From Candidatus Staskawiczbacteria bacterium (GTDB lineage Bacteria; Patescibacteriota; Minisyncoccia; Minisyncoccales; Staskawiczbacteraceae), in the NCBI GenBank assembly GCA_963756225.1, contig CAVWMZ010000003.1:275988-339987 (forward strand): DNA of 64,000 nt, read 5' to 3'. The position numbers were made by a program, and so were the translations under genes. Below the pieces are notes generated by a model. The model was not told the DNA's origin, did not search any database, and saw nothing but the letters and a program-made list of their open reading frames with translations. Positions 17,215 through 27,300 of this stretch are shown one piece after another. How positions within the stretch are numbered: the first letter of the stretch is position 1; each line of letters begins with the position of its first letter.

Positions 17215-19235
17215 TAAAATTCTCTCAACCTTTAAAGAATAAAAAATTATTATTTTTTGTTTTTTTATTTATTTTTATCTTCGCGGTGAAAATAAACTTT
17301 GCGCAAGCCGCCGATTGCCCTAGTGGTGACAGTTGCTACTGCATGGAAAACACCTGTTTCCCATATTCAAACGCAGCAATAGCCATAGGAGGAAATCCTG
17401 TAGGAATCCCGTGTTTAAGAGACGTCGATTGTGCACCTTCTCCGACTGGCGATTGCCCTGGTGTCGATAACCTAAGCTACGGCAAGCAGGTTGCAGTGTC
17501 TCTCATAGACGCAGTAGCAGCATTTCCCAATTACATCGCCAAAACCGCCGGATCGCTTGCTTCTATTGGCATGGGCACCGTACTAACTTATCCAATAACA
17601 AATCCAAGCTCAGGATCCGGCCCTATTTCTACATCGGGAGCAACAGCTTTTGTGGCTGGCTGGAAATCAATGAGAGATTTGGCTAATATGCTTGTTGCTT
17701 TAGGTTTTGTTATTATTGGTATAGCAACCGCTCTAAGAATTAGAGAATACGAAGCCGGGAAAGCCCTTATGCCATTAATAATAGTAGCTATTTTAATCAA
17801 TTTTTCTTTATTATTCTGCGGGTTAATTATTGACGCCTCAAACGTGACAATGAACGGATTATTGGGGGGCGGGAGCACAGTAACTACAAGCGGATTTACT
17901 GCGCCATCTATGGGTACGGCCCTATATCAGGCCACGTTGAGCGGAGAATATTCATGGAAATGCCAAGCAGTATCCGCCGAAAGCGTAAGCGGCTATGCTC
18001 TTGTAGTTGTTGCTTATTCGTTTTTATACATGGTAATAGCGTTTGCCTTTTTATATCTTTTTCTTGTGATTCTAGCTAGATATGCCGTTCTTGGAATTCT
18101 ATTTATGCTTTCTCCACTTGGATTTATTTTTTGGGCATTTCCATTCCCGGGAGCAAAAGAACTGGGACAAAAATGGTGGAATCATTTCTTAAAATGGTCG
18201 TTTGTCGGCGTAAGCATGTGCCTTTTCCTTAACTTGGCCCTAGGGATATTAAACAACACCCCATCACTTAATGGCACCCAAACGCCAACCGTAGAAACGG
18301 TGATAGAACCCCTTTTCATTGTTATAATGGTAATTGTAGTGGGAATATACATTAGCGCCAAATCAAACGGAATAGCGTCAATGGCCAGTAAGGCAGTGAT
18401 AGGGGTGGCGACTGGCGGAGCTGCACTTGCGGGGGGAGCAATCGTCGCAGGAGCCGCAGGGGGCTCAAAGATGTTAAATAAAATGACCGGAGGAAAAGTG
18501 GCCGATGCTGGCAGACGAATTAGTAACGCAACCGGACGAGTTTTAGCAAAAGTTGGCCTAGCGGATAGGGAGGCGGTTGATGCAAAAGCTTCAGCGCCAC
18601 TTCAAGAAGCGAAAAAAGCAATGAGCGGCGCAAGCAAAGAAACGTTGACTTCACATGCCCAGGGCAAGGGAATTGGTGTCACCGAACAAAAAAGAGTAGC
18701 TTCAATAGAGGCCATGATTCAAAAAGGCGATATTGGCGACATAGGAGACACCGCGGCGCAACATGCTGCCGTTTCTCGGGTTGAAAATTATCACAAAACT
18801 ATGGGAACGAGTGCCGATTTTAATGTCAGAAAAACCGCAGAAGATCAAAACTATAAGTTAGCTGGCTTCAACGAGGCGAACGTGACAAAATTAAGATCAA
18901 GTCAGCCCGGACTCACAGATGCTGCTGCCAAAGACAAACTAGTCCAAACAAAGCTTGATGAAACATTGCCAGCAATGACCCACACCCAACTTAGAAATAT
19001 TGATGCACCACATCTTACCTCTGAACGAGTAAGCAGATTAACTCCAGAAAAACTTAGCGCATTTAGAACTGGCTCCAAAGACCAGATTGACCAGATCCAG
19101 GGACCAGATGTTAGGGGAAAAATGGATTCTGAACGCATAAATCTTGAGACAGATAAGCATGCTGGACAGAGGATAGATGAGGCCAAACTCTCAAAACTAA
19201 ACAACCAAGTCAAAGAGATAGATAACCTAGCATAA
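17211..19235 (+). CDS. VirB6/TrbL-like polytopic membrane protein (putative T4SS channel component)
   Basis: 674 aa. It has a signal peptide, a Cys-rich N-terminal segment, about 6-8 hydrophobic helices, a Gly/Ala-rich segment and a hydrophilic C-terminal tail. The call rests on architecture and on context next to VirB3-like and VirB4 genes. Confidence 0.45.
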   Translation: MIKFSQPLKNKKLLFFVFLFIFIFAVKINFAQAADCPSGDSCYCMENTCFPYSNAAIAIGGNPVGIPCLRDVDCAPSPTGDCPGVDNLSYGKQVAVSLIDAVAAFPNYIAKTAGSLASIGMGTVLTYPITNPSSGSGPISTSGATAFVAGWKSMRDLANMLVALGFVIIGIATALRIREYEAGKALMPLIIVAILINFSLLFCGLIIDASNVTMNGLLGGGSTVTTSGFTAPSMGTALYQATLSGEYSWKCQAVSAESVSGYALVVVAYSFLYMVIAFAFLYLFLVILARYAVLGILFMLSPLGFIFWAFPFPGAKELGQKWWNHFLKWSFVGVSMCLFLNLALGILNNTPSLNGTQTPTVETVIEPLFIVIMVIVVGIYISAKSNGIASMASKAVIGVATGGAALAGGAIVAGAAGGSKMLNKMTGGKVADAGRRISNATGRVLAKVGLADREAVDAKASAPLQEAKKAMSGASKETLTSHAQGKGIGVTEQKRVASIEAMIQKGDIGDIGDTAAQHAAVSRVENYHKTMGTSADFNVRKTAEDQNYKLAGFNEANVTKLRSSQPGLTDAAAKDKLVQTKLDETLPAMTHTQLRNIDAPHLTSERVSRLTPEKLSAFRTGSKDQIDQIQGPDVRGKMDSERINLETDKHAGQRIDEAKLSKLNNQVKEIDNLA

Positions 19236-19262
19236 TTAATAGTTATTAATTACTATAAAATC

Positions 19263-19880
19263 ATGGACGAACAAAATAATTTAAGAGTTATCTTCACAAA
19301 AAAAGCCGACGCAGTTCTTGCGGGCATTATGAATAAATATAATTTGGAAGAAAACGACGAGCAAACTAGCAAAAAAGTTTTAGAAAAAAAACCATTTAAT
19401 GTAACGACATTAAATCATCTTGCAAAAAAATTTGTAAGAGAAAATATGTCTAAGATTGATTTATCTAATTCACTACAAAAGGAAATAGAGCTCCCGCAAC
19501 AAACAGCAGATAAAGTATCTGACGAAATTATAACGACACTAATCCCATTATTAGAAAAAGCTCCTGAAGAAAAATTTAATGATCCGACCTTTAGAGAAGA
19601 AATATCTAAAAAAGTTACCGGAGAATCAGAGCCGCAAGAAAATAAAAATATTTTCTATAAGGTTGAACCCGCTACAAGCGTTGACGAAATAATTAAAAAA
19701 AATATTCTAGCCGCAACCGAAGAACCGAAAATTGCAGAACCTACAAAAATAGAGACTGCAACGCCTCCCAAAAAAAGAGAACGGATAAAAAAAATAATCA
19801 CTCCAGCGGAAGCTAAAGAGTCTAACCAACAAACAAATCAGACTAAAGGCTCAGATAGATATAGGGAGCCTATTGAGTAA
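19263..19880 (+). CDS. Hypothetical charged protein
   Basis: 205-aa ORF. No family recognised. Confidence 0.4.
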   Translation: MDEQNNLRVIFTKKADAVLAGIMNKYNLEENDEQTSKKVLEKKPFNVTTLNHLAKKFVRENMSKIDLSNSLQKEIELPQQTADKVSDEIITTLIPLLEKAPEEKFNDPTFREEISKKVTGESEPQENKNIFYKVEPATSVDEIIKKNILAATEEPKIAEPTKIETATPPKKRERIKKIITPAEAKESNQQTNQTKGSDRYREPIE

Positions 19881-19897
19881 AAAATTTACAAAAAAAA

Positions 19898-19934
19898 GGG
19901 GGTGGCTTCAGCAAACGCCGAAGCCACCCTTTTA
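19898..19934 (-). terminator. GC-rich terminator belonging to the high-GC SPFH-like gene
   Basis: The minus strand reads GGGTGGCTTC-ggcgtttgct-GAAGCCACCC followed by CCTTTTTTTT. Confidence 0.7.
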
Positions 19935-19951
19935 CTTACATTGACTGATAA

Positions 19952-21184
19952 CTAGGTGGACTCACCTTTATGTCTTTCCAACCAACTGGGTGAAGGTTGG
20001 CCTCCCGAAGCCTCTCCCTCCTGACCACCAACAGGTTTAGCGCCTGAGCCTTGCCCCCGACCGCCACGACCACCTTGTTTACCTCTGCCGCGCCCTAACG
20101 CGCCACCTATAACCTCGGCTCCGCCGAGAATGGCCGCATAATTAGGATCTATGGGCTTTCCACCGCTGCTGATGTCCAGTTCTTGTTTGGAGTAATTACC
20201 CCCAGCCAAGCCCTGAGCCCGCAGCAGTTCAAGCGACTGTTCTTTGCGATCGTAGGCGCCACTCTTTTTAAGAGCTTTAACGGCCACTTTTTCAGTTACC
20301 CCCAAACGCGCAGCCTCATCTTTAACCCATTGATCCATCATGATCTTGACTGGACCACCGAGCCGAGCAGCTTCAGCTTGAGCCAGCAAATCTGCTTCGC
20401 TTTTTGCTTTTAAGGCGGCCGTATATGCCGAGTCTTCGCTGATCTTTAGGATTACGATGGAGTTTGTCTGGATTTCCATTCCCCATCGCTCCGTGATGCC
20501 GTCGAATATAGGCGCTGCTGATGGCGTATCGTTTTCTTGGACAAGCTCGTTCCACAGCCTTACGCCGTCGCCCCTGGCTTCCTGGGCGTGTTGCCGAAAA
20601 CCGCATTTTATCCATGCCCGCAAAACCGCATCCAGCCTGTCTATTGTTTGTCTTGCTACATCGCGAGGCGAGATATACAAGTAGTGAATCGGATTAACGA
20701 CCCGTCTTGTCACCTTCGCCACAACATCCAGATTAACGTTCTCAGGATCCTTGGTTTGCGCCCCGGTACAAATTAAATCCGACGTTACATCGTTGAGCTG
20801 AACCAGTACCCCTCCACCGAATCCATCGGTCGGGTCATTGTGACTTTCATACTTAGCCGGACTAACCAATGGCCAAAGGTAAAAAATCCAGCCACCAATC
20901 CTCCAGATACACCAGCATCCACCGATATTAATCGGCCGATTTTCCTTAGGATTGATGGTGTCGTCACAGCAAATAAATCCGGACATGTCGGGCCTGAAGT
21001 GATAACCCGTGAATTCCAGGGCAGTGTAAACCCGTTTTCCCAAGTATTTAAACGATGCTGCCGTTGCCTCCTGCACAATCACAATCCGCAAGATGCCGAA
21101 AGCCCAAGCGATAATTGCGAGAACCGGTATGGCCACTACAATCCCAATCAACCAATACAACGTAAACATTTCAAAGTCGTTCAT
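19952..21184 (-). CDS. SPFH/band-7-like membrane protein with a Gly/Arg-rich tail (high-GC islet)
   Basis: 410 aa. N-terminal TM helix, then IVQEATAASFKYLG…, later …AEADLLAQAEAARLGG…, and a GRGRGKQGGRGGRGQGSG tail. The resemblance to prohibitin-type SPFH domains is by pattern only. Confidence 0.4.
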   Translation of the reverse strand: MNDFEMFTLYWLIGIVVAIPVLAIIAWAFGILRIVIVQEATAASFKYLGKRVYTALEFTGYHFRPDMSGFICCDDTINPKENRPINIGGCWCIWRIGGWIFYLWPLVSPAKYESHNDPTDGFGGGVLVQLNDVTSDLICTGAQTKDPENVNLDVVAKVTRRVVNPIHYLYISPRDVARQTIDRLDAVLRAWIKCGFRQHAQEARGDGVRLWNELVQENDTPSAAPIFDGITERWGMEIQTNSIVILKISEDSAYTAALKAKSEADLLAQAEAARLGGPVKIMMDQWVKDEAARLGVTEKVAVKALKKSGAYDRKEQSLELLRAQGLAGGNYSKQELDISSGGKPIDPNYAAILGGAEVIGGALGRGRGKQGGRGGRGQGSGAKPVGGQEGEASGGQPSPSWLERHKGEST

Positions 21185-21378
21185 GGCGATTCCTTTCTTT
21201 TTGAATTATTTAATCAATTAACGGCCGGCACGGGAAACTTCCCACACCTATTAAGCTGTCTTTTTCAATGTTCTATAGTGCTTTAATTATATCATATTAA
21301 AATCATATTGTCAATATGTTGAGAACTTTTATTGCCTTTGATTTTTTATACATGATATAATGAACGAATCTTAAATTT

Positions 21379-21787
21379 ATGGAACAATATCCTATACCAC
21401 AATTTATTGAATCTGAGAGCAAGATTGCCTTCTTTATATCCTTTAGACAATTCTTTTATCTTGTGGGAGCTGGTGTTATTTGCTTTTTCATATATTGGAT
21501 TATGCCTCGTTTTCTTTTTTATATAGTAGCTTTTATAATTTTCCTCATAGCAGTAATTCTTGCTTTCGGAACTATCGGTGGCACCCCTATATTAAACTGG
21601 CTTATGGGAGGCAATAGGCTTCTCCTTAGACGGCAAAGATTATACATGGAAAAAGAAAGAATCTCCCTATCCGTTTAAGCCAATAAAAAGAACCCAAATA
21701 AAAAAAATAGACCAAGGACCCGTCTTACAAGCACAAACAAGCCAATTAAAGAAAACAAGGACGCTCGTAGAATTAAAAACAAAATAA
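21379..21787 (+). CDS. PrgI/VirB3-like small membrane protein, apparent +1 frameshift around 21596-21660
   Basis: MEQYPIPQFIESESKIAFFISFRQFFYLVGAGVICFFIYWIMP… is the typical PrgI-family start. The alternative frame continues …AIGFSLDGKDYTWKKKESPYPFKPIKRTQIKKIDQGP… to a stop at 21785-21787, 9 nt before the next gene. Confidence 0.5.
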
Positions 21788-21796
21788 TCTAAAATT

Positions 21797-22457
21797 ATGG
21801 CAGAATCAGCTACACAAGCATTTTTAGAAGTACAAGATATAAGAGAGGGGGTTTTACTTTTAAAAAATAATTCTATAAGAGGAATTTTAATGACCTCTTC
21901 TATAAATTTTGCATTGAAATCGGAAGAAGAACAAACGGCTATAATTTATGCTTTTCAAAATTTTCTAAATTCTTTAGATTTTTTCTGCCAAATTGTTGTT
22001 CAGTCCAGGAATATAAACATAACCCCATATTTAGACAGTTTAAAAGATTTAGAAGACAAGCAAACTAATGAACTCTTAAAAAGACAGACTACGTCATACA
22101 GAGAGTTTATAAAAGAAATGGTTGTAGGAGATGTAGTTATGACAAAAAGTTTTTACATAGTTGTACCATATAACCTAATGGAAATTTTTGGACTGAAGGG
22201 TGCCCAAAAGAAAATAAACTTTGGAGAGGCCCCTGGAGTAAAAAACAACAAACCAATAACTGATGATGAATTCCAAAGATGTAAATCGCAATTATGGCAA
22301 AGAATGGAGTATGTATCAATGGGCCTAAGAAGATGCGGGCTGGAAGCAGTGCCGCTTAACAACGCCCGAACTTATAGAACTTTTTTGGTCCATACACCAT
22401 CCAGATCAAGCAGAAATTGGATATTATCCAGAAATACTTCCCGAGTTATTAAAATAA
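21797..22457 (+). CDS. T4SS-associated protein of unknown function, apparent frameshift at CCC 22364-22367
   Basis: N-terminus QAFLEVQDIREGVLLLKNNSIRGILMTSSINFALKSEEEQTAIIYAFQNFLNSL… resembles the start of Gram-positive conjugation ATPase partners. After the shift the frame reads …LNNAELIELFWSIHHPDQAEIGYYPEILPELLK and stops at 22455-22457. Confidence 0.4.
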
Positions 22458-22469
22458 TTTTAAAACGTT

Positions 22470-24275
22470 ATGGCATTTCTAGACAATCTTCTTGGTAAAA
22501 AAGAAGAAGATCTAACACAAAAAATTTTTCAAGAAGAGGCGTTTGACGTGAGAGATATTATAGCCCCTCCATATATTGGCGTACTGCAAGATCATATAAA
22601 ATTAGGAGAAAGGCTTGCCAAGTCCTTCTTTGTTTTTTCTTATCCTAGATATTTAAATACGGGGTGGTTTTCACCCGTCATTGATTTAAATACTCCAATG
22701 GATATTTCATTTTTTATACATCCTGTCAGCAGCGAATTGATTTTAAAAAAATTAAGAAAAAAAGTTACAGAAGTTTCTTCCGAACTTTTAGAGAGAGAAG
22801 AAAAGGGATTAATTAGAGATCCTGCGCTAGAAACTGCATATAAAGATATTGAGAGCCTTAGAGATAATTTGATGACTGCTCAAGAAAAAATGTTTAGACT
22901 TGGTCTTTATATTACAATTTATGAAACTTCTGAAAAAGAATTAAAAGATACCGAACTTACATTAAGATCAATTTTTGAGTCTAGATTAATTTATATTAAA
23001 GCCGCTTTATTTAAACAAAAAGAAGGATTTATTTCTTGCAATCCTTATGGAATGGACTTAATAGAAGTCCACACTCCAATGGACACAGAGCCTTTGTCAA
23101 CATGTTTTCCATTTATTTGTTTTGATTTAAGCTCTAACGAAGGAATTTTATATGGGATAAATAGACACAATAATTCTTTAGTTTTATTTGACAGATTTAG
23201 TTTGGAAAATGCAAATATGGTGGTTTTCGCAAAATCTGGCGCAGGAAAATCATATGCCATAAAACTGGAAATTTTAAGATATTTGATGCAGGGAGTTGAT
23301 TGTATAATTGTTGACCCAGAAAACGAATATGAATTTTTAGCCGATGCAGTTGGCGGAGCATTCTTGAAAATTTCTTTAACTTCAGCAAACCATGTAAATC
23401 CTTTTGATTTGCCGCTGCCCGGCCCAGACGACAACCCAGAAGATATTTTAAGATCTAATGTTATAAACTTAGTTGGGCTTTTAAGAATTATGTTGGGAGG
23501 GTTAACTCCTGAAGAAGATAGCATTTTAGACGAAGCCCTAACAGAAACTTATGCAATAAGAGATATAACTGCGCAAACAGATCCCAAAACATGGGCGACC
23601 AACACTCCCTTAATGTCTGACTTTGAAGAAGTTTTAGAAAGTATGACGGGAACAGAGTCTCTGGGTAAACGTATTAAAAAATTTACCAAAGGAACTTTTT
23701 CTGATTTCTTCAACCAACAATCTAATATTTCAATGGATAAAAATCTAGTTGTTTTTGGGATAAGAGACATGGAAGAATCGCTAAGACCAATCGCACTATA
23801 TATCATCATGAGATATATATGGAATATTGTTAGAGAGAAATTAAAAAAGAGAATTTTGGTTATTGATGAAGCCTGGTGGCTAATGCAATCTCCAGACGGA
23901 GCTTCCTTTCTTTACGGTATAGTTAAAAGGGGTAGAAAATATTGGCTGGGAGTTACAACTATTACCCAGGATGTAGCCGACTTTATGAAATCAGATTATG
24001 GCAAAGCAATTGTCACAAACTCTTCATTGCAACTTTTAATGAAACAGTCTACTGCCGACATCGATTCTGTGCAAAAAGTATTTCAACTAACCGAGCAAGA
24101 AAAATATTTATTACTGGGAGCGGCAGTTGGAGAGGGGTTATTTTTTGCCGGAAGAAAACACGTGTACCTATCGGTTGTTGGCAGCCAAACAGAGAACCAA
24201 ATAATTACAACAAATCCTCAAGAAGTTCTGCAAAACAAAGCGGAAAAACAAAAACTAGAATCTGCCCAAAATTAA
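22470..24275 (+). CDS. virB4: VirB4/TraC-family type IV secretion ATPase
   Basis: 601 aa. The N-terminal VirB4 domain reads …YPRYLNTGWFSPVIDL…DISFFIHP…. Walker A is AKSGAGKSY, followed by …IIVDPENEY… and a Walker B-like ILVIDEAWW. Confidence 0.8.
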   Translation: MAFLDNLLGKKEEDLTQKIFQEEAFDVRDIIAPPYIGVLQDHIKLGERLAKSFFVFSYPRYLNTGWFSPVIDLNTPMDISFFIHPVSSELILKKLRKKVTEVSSELLEREEKGLIRDPALETAYKDIESLRDNLMTAQEKMFRLGLYITIYETSEKELKDTELTLRSIFESRLIYIKAALFKQKEGFISCNPYGMDLIEVHTPMDTEPLSTCFPFICFDLSSNEGILYGINRHNNSLVLFDRFSLENANMVVFAKSGAGKSYAIKLEILRYLMQGVDCIIVDPENEYEFLADAVGGAFLKISLTSANHVNPFDLPLPGPDDNPEDILRSNVINLVGLLRIMLGGLTPEEDSILDEALTETYAIRDITAQTDPKTWATNTPLMSDFEEVLESMTGTESLGKRIKKFTKGTFSDFFNQQSNISMDKNLVVFGIRDMEESLRPIALYIIMRYIWNIVREKLKKRILVIDEAWWLMQSPDGASFLYGIVKRGRKYWLGVTTITQDVADFMKSDYGKAIVTNSSLQLLMKQSTADIDSVQKVFQLTEQEKYLLLGAAVGEGLFFAGRKHVYLSVVGSQTENQIITTNPQEVLQNKAEKQKLESAQN

Positions 24276-24308
24276 TAAATATTTAACTTCTAAAAATAGA
24301 ATAAGAAA

Positions 24309-27300
24309 ATGGCCTTTTGGAAAAAACTTATTTTCTTTTTTCCTGCTTGCTGCGTCGCTTTTCTAAGCGCTAGTTTTGTTTTAGCCCTTGAAGTAAATCT
24401 TCCAGGCTTAGGAGGAAACCCCGACATTGGCACATATATTTGTTATCTTTTTAGCAAGGGAGTAAGTATAGCCGTTTCTATAGCTGTTGTAGCGGTAGCC
24501 GTTGGCGGAGTTTATTATCTGGTCTCCTATGGAAGTGGAAAAATTACGAACGAAGGGAAAGAATGGATAAAGGCAGGAATAACCGGGCTCTTAATAATTG
24601 TCTGCTCAACTTTGATTATGCAGACAATCAGTCCGAAGTTAGGTAGCTGCAAAATTGGCGTCCTACCACAACTTAATTTAAATCCTCTGCCCAGCAATAC
24701 CCCATTGCCCTCATATGTAACCGTCAACACATATAAAGAAATCCCTATTGGCACATTAACTGAAACACTTTTAGCAAGAACAATAAATTGTTATGGTTTT
24801 GACCAAAGTGGGAACCCTATTAACGGCGACTTTTTAGAAACAGCTAAAAGTTGCTCGGTAGACACAGATTGTGGCATAGGCAGCGGCGAAACGTGCAATC
24901 ATAAAACCAATAAATGCGATGATCCCTCGCCCACCTATATGAACCACGACAGGGCAGACTGCCTAACACAATTAGTTACGGGTGCCCAAGAAAAAGCTAA
25001 TGTCATTTCTGCTCTATCGGACCAAATAGCCAGCCTGATGAATACGTGCGATTGCGCTACATATGGAGATTGCAAGCCTCATTGTAACCCTATTACGGGT
25101 TGCGTTCTTAATGGTACAAGTCCTGATGGCTCAGGAAAAACCTCTGGGCTAGGAACTGATTGCACCGGGTCATGCACTGGAGGCGGTGATTCAACGGGCT
25201 CGTGTGTTAATGGCTCATGTCTAGAGGCTCCAAATCAAACCCCGCCAGATTGTTGCCCCACAACCGCCAGTGACACAATAACAAACACCCCCATCTCCGG
25301 GCTAACAACAAAACAACAAATTGAGCATGGGCCAGTTAATGTTGCTGCTAATGTTGGCGCAAGCGGAGGCGGGACAGCGGAAGCTCCGTCGGCATGCAAA
25401 TGCCCAGCATCATACGGTGGAGGATACAGTCCCGGATGCTGCTCGTTAACTGGAGTTTCAGGCTCAACCACAACCCCAACAGCATGCCCGTGTACTAGCG
25501 GCCCCTATGCGGGCGGCTATGATTCTAGCTGCTGCACAACCACAGATGATAGCTGTAAAACTACTGCCACTGAATATCACGGGCTAGATGAATTTAGGTG
25601 TAACCCAAACCCGATTAATGGTGATTTTCAACCTTGCGACGCTGCTTCAATAAAAAATTTTGTTGAAGAAAATGTACAAATAAATGGCGAGACAGTTGTC
25701 GCAATTAACCCAGACAATTGGAAAAAAATAAATTTATTACAGCAGTTAACCTATCTAAAACAAAAAATAGACGATGTTAAAGAAACAATGAGGGAGGATG
25801 AAACCAATCTAGATAAAGCAAGATATATGTTGGCATCTCCGCAATGCTATTTAGCGATACCCTATGTCGATCTCGTTGACACTTATGAGAATACAGACCA
25901 AACACATACAGTTGTTTTACCTGTAAAAGTTTTTAATGACCCTACCGTTACTACTACGCCCCCGCAGCCCGTAGATTCGTCAAAATATTGCAATGGATTT
26001 AATTATAATAATTCGAGTTGTTTAAAACAATGCGATGATGCATGCCCAGACTCAAGTCCTCTGGCCATGCAATCATACAATGCGTGCGGAGCTTGCGACA
26101 CCACTATTTTAAGTGGAGCAGCGCTACAGACCTGTGAAGACACACAAGAAAAATGCATAGAGAAGGCTTACACCTCAAGACCATGCATATATGCTCAAGA
26201 TACCAGCCAAACTTTTAAAGATTGTATTGGCTCTTGTCAGGATAACTGTGAATATGGTTGCAACCAAAAATATGCCGCGTGCTCTGATGCAAATAGTTTT
26301 TGCCAATCTCAGTGTGGCGATACAACTCAAGGTAATTCAAGTTGTGTTTTGGGTCACGCCGACGAGTGCCTGTTTGGAGCCAGTAATTTTGTAGACTGCA
26401 CAAATGCAAATAAGGCCACCGACCAAGGCAATACCAATTATTGCATCCAAAATGCATATATGTGCAAGAATGGATCTAACGAATATTCTGGATATCCTGA
26501 CTGTGTTATCCAAAATTCAAATTGTTCGAACTACACAGATCCGATAAGCTGCCAAAATGCCCCACAATCAGAGTGTATGTGGGATAATGCAGGATTTTGC
26601 ACCCAAACCGATTATTCATCTTATCTGTATAATTACCCGAATTCACAAAAATGCGCATATCCGGATATTCCTGCTACAAGCGGCCCGTGCACAAGTAGTT
26701 CCAGCCCCGATGCCACTTGCCAGGCCGTATGCCCAGAAACAACAAAATGCACCTCAGATTCGAGTTGTCCTTTGTGCCCATGCGATATTTTAAATGCTTC
26801 TCTTAATTTCCCTGTACCAAATACGTCTGTGCCTTATAAAAGTAGCCCCGGCTTTAATGCCGGAGATGAGGGCGTTAATAATAACCAACAAAAAGTTTCG
26901 TCGGATTTAATGACCGGACCGCAATGTGACCAATATAATTATAATGATGACCCATTAACTTTTTATTGTGAAGATAATTGGTGGAATGCGCCAGACAAAG
27001 AGGAGAATGGGAGCACGCCTGGAGGGCCTGGGGGCCCCGGAAATGCCACTGGCCCAGCAGGAACGGGTACTGGATCGTTGATACCAATAGGACAAGAAAA
27101 AATTTGCCCCGCAGAAAACGAAATACCAATCGGACAAACAATTGACGATGCGAAAAAATGGGCTAATAATATAATAACTTCAATAGGCAGCATAGATCAA
27201 GATATACAGGTGATAATTAACCAAATAACTACAATGGGGAAAGCAAAGGACACAAGCCCCGTACAAAATTACTGTAAATGTGATGCGAAATATGAGAATA

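Noticed and set aside
21797-24275. ORFs 21797-22498 and 22470-24275 might be one VirB4 gene split by a frameshift.
   Set aside because: A single frame correction at 22364-22367 gives the first protein a clean C-terminus and a stop at 22457, with a 12-nt spacer to the ATG at 22470. The 601-aa protein already has its own VirB4-type N-terminal domain.
24527-27193. Multiple short ORFs on either strand inside the 1172-aa gene (for example 25235-25471, 26191-26394, 26557-26793, 26963-27193).
   Set aside because: All are nested within one long uninterrupted reading frame that has a signal peptide and consistent composition. They are treated as overlapping-frame noise.
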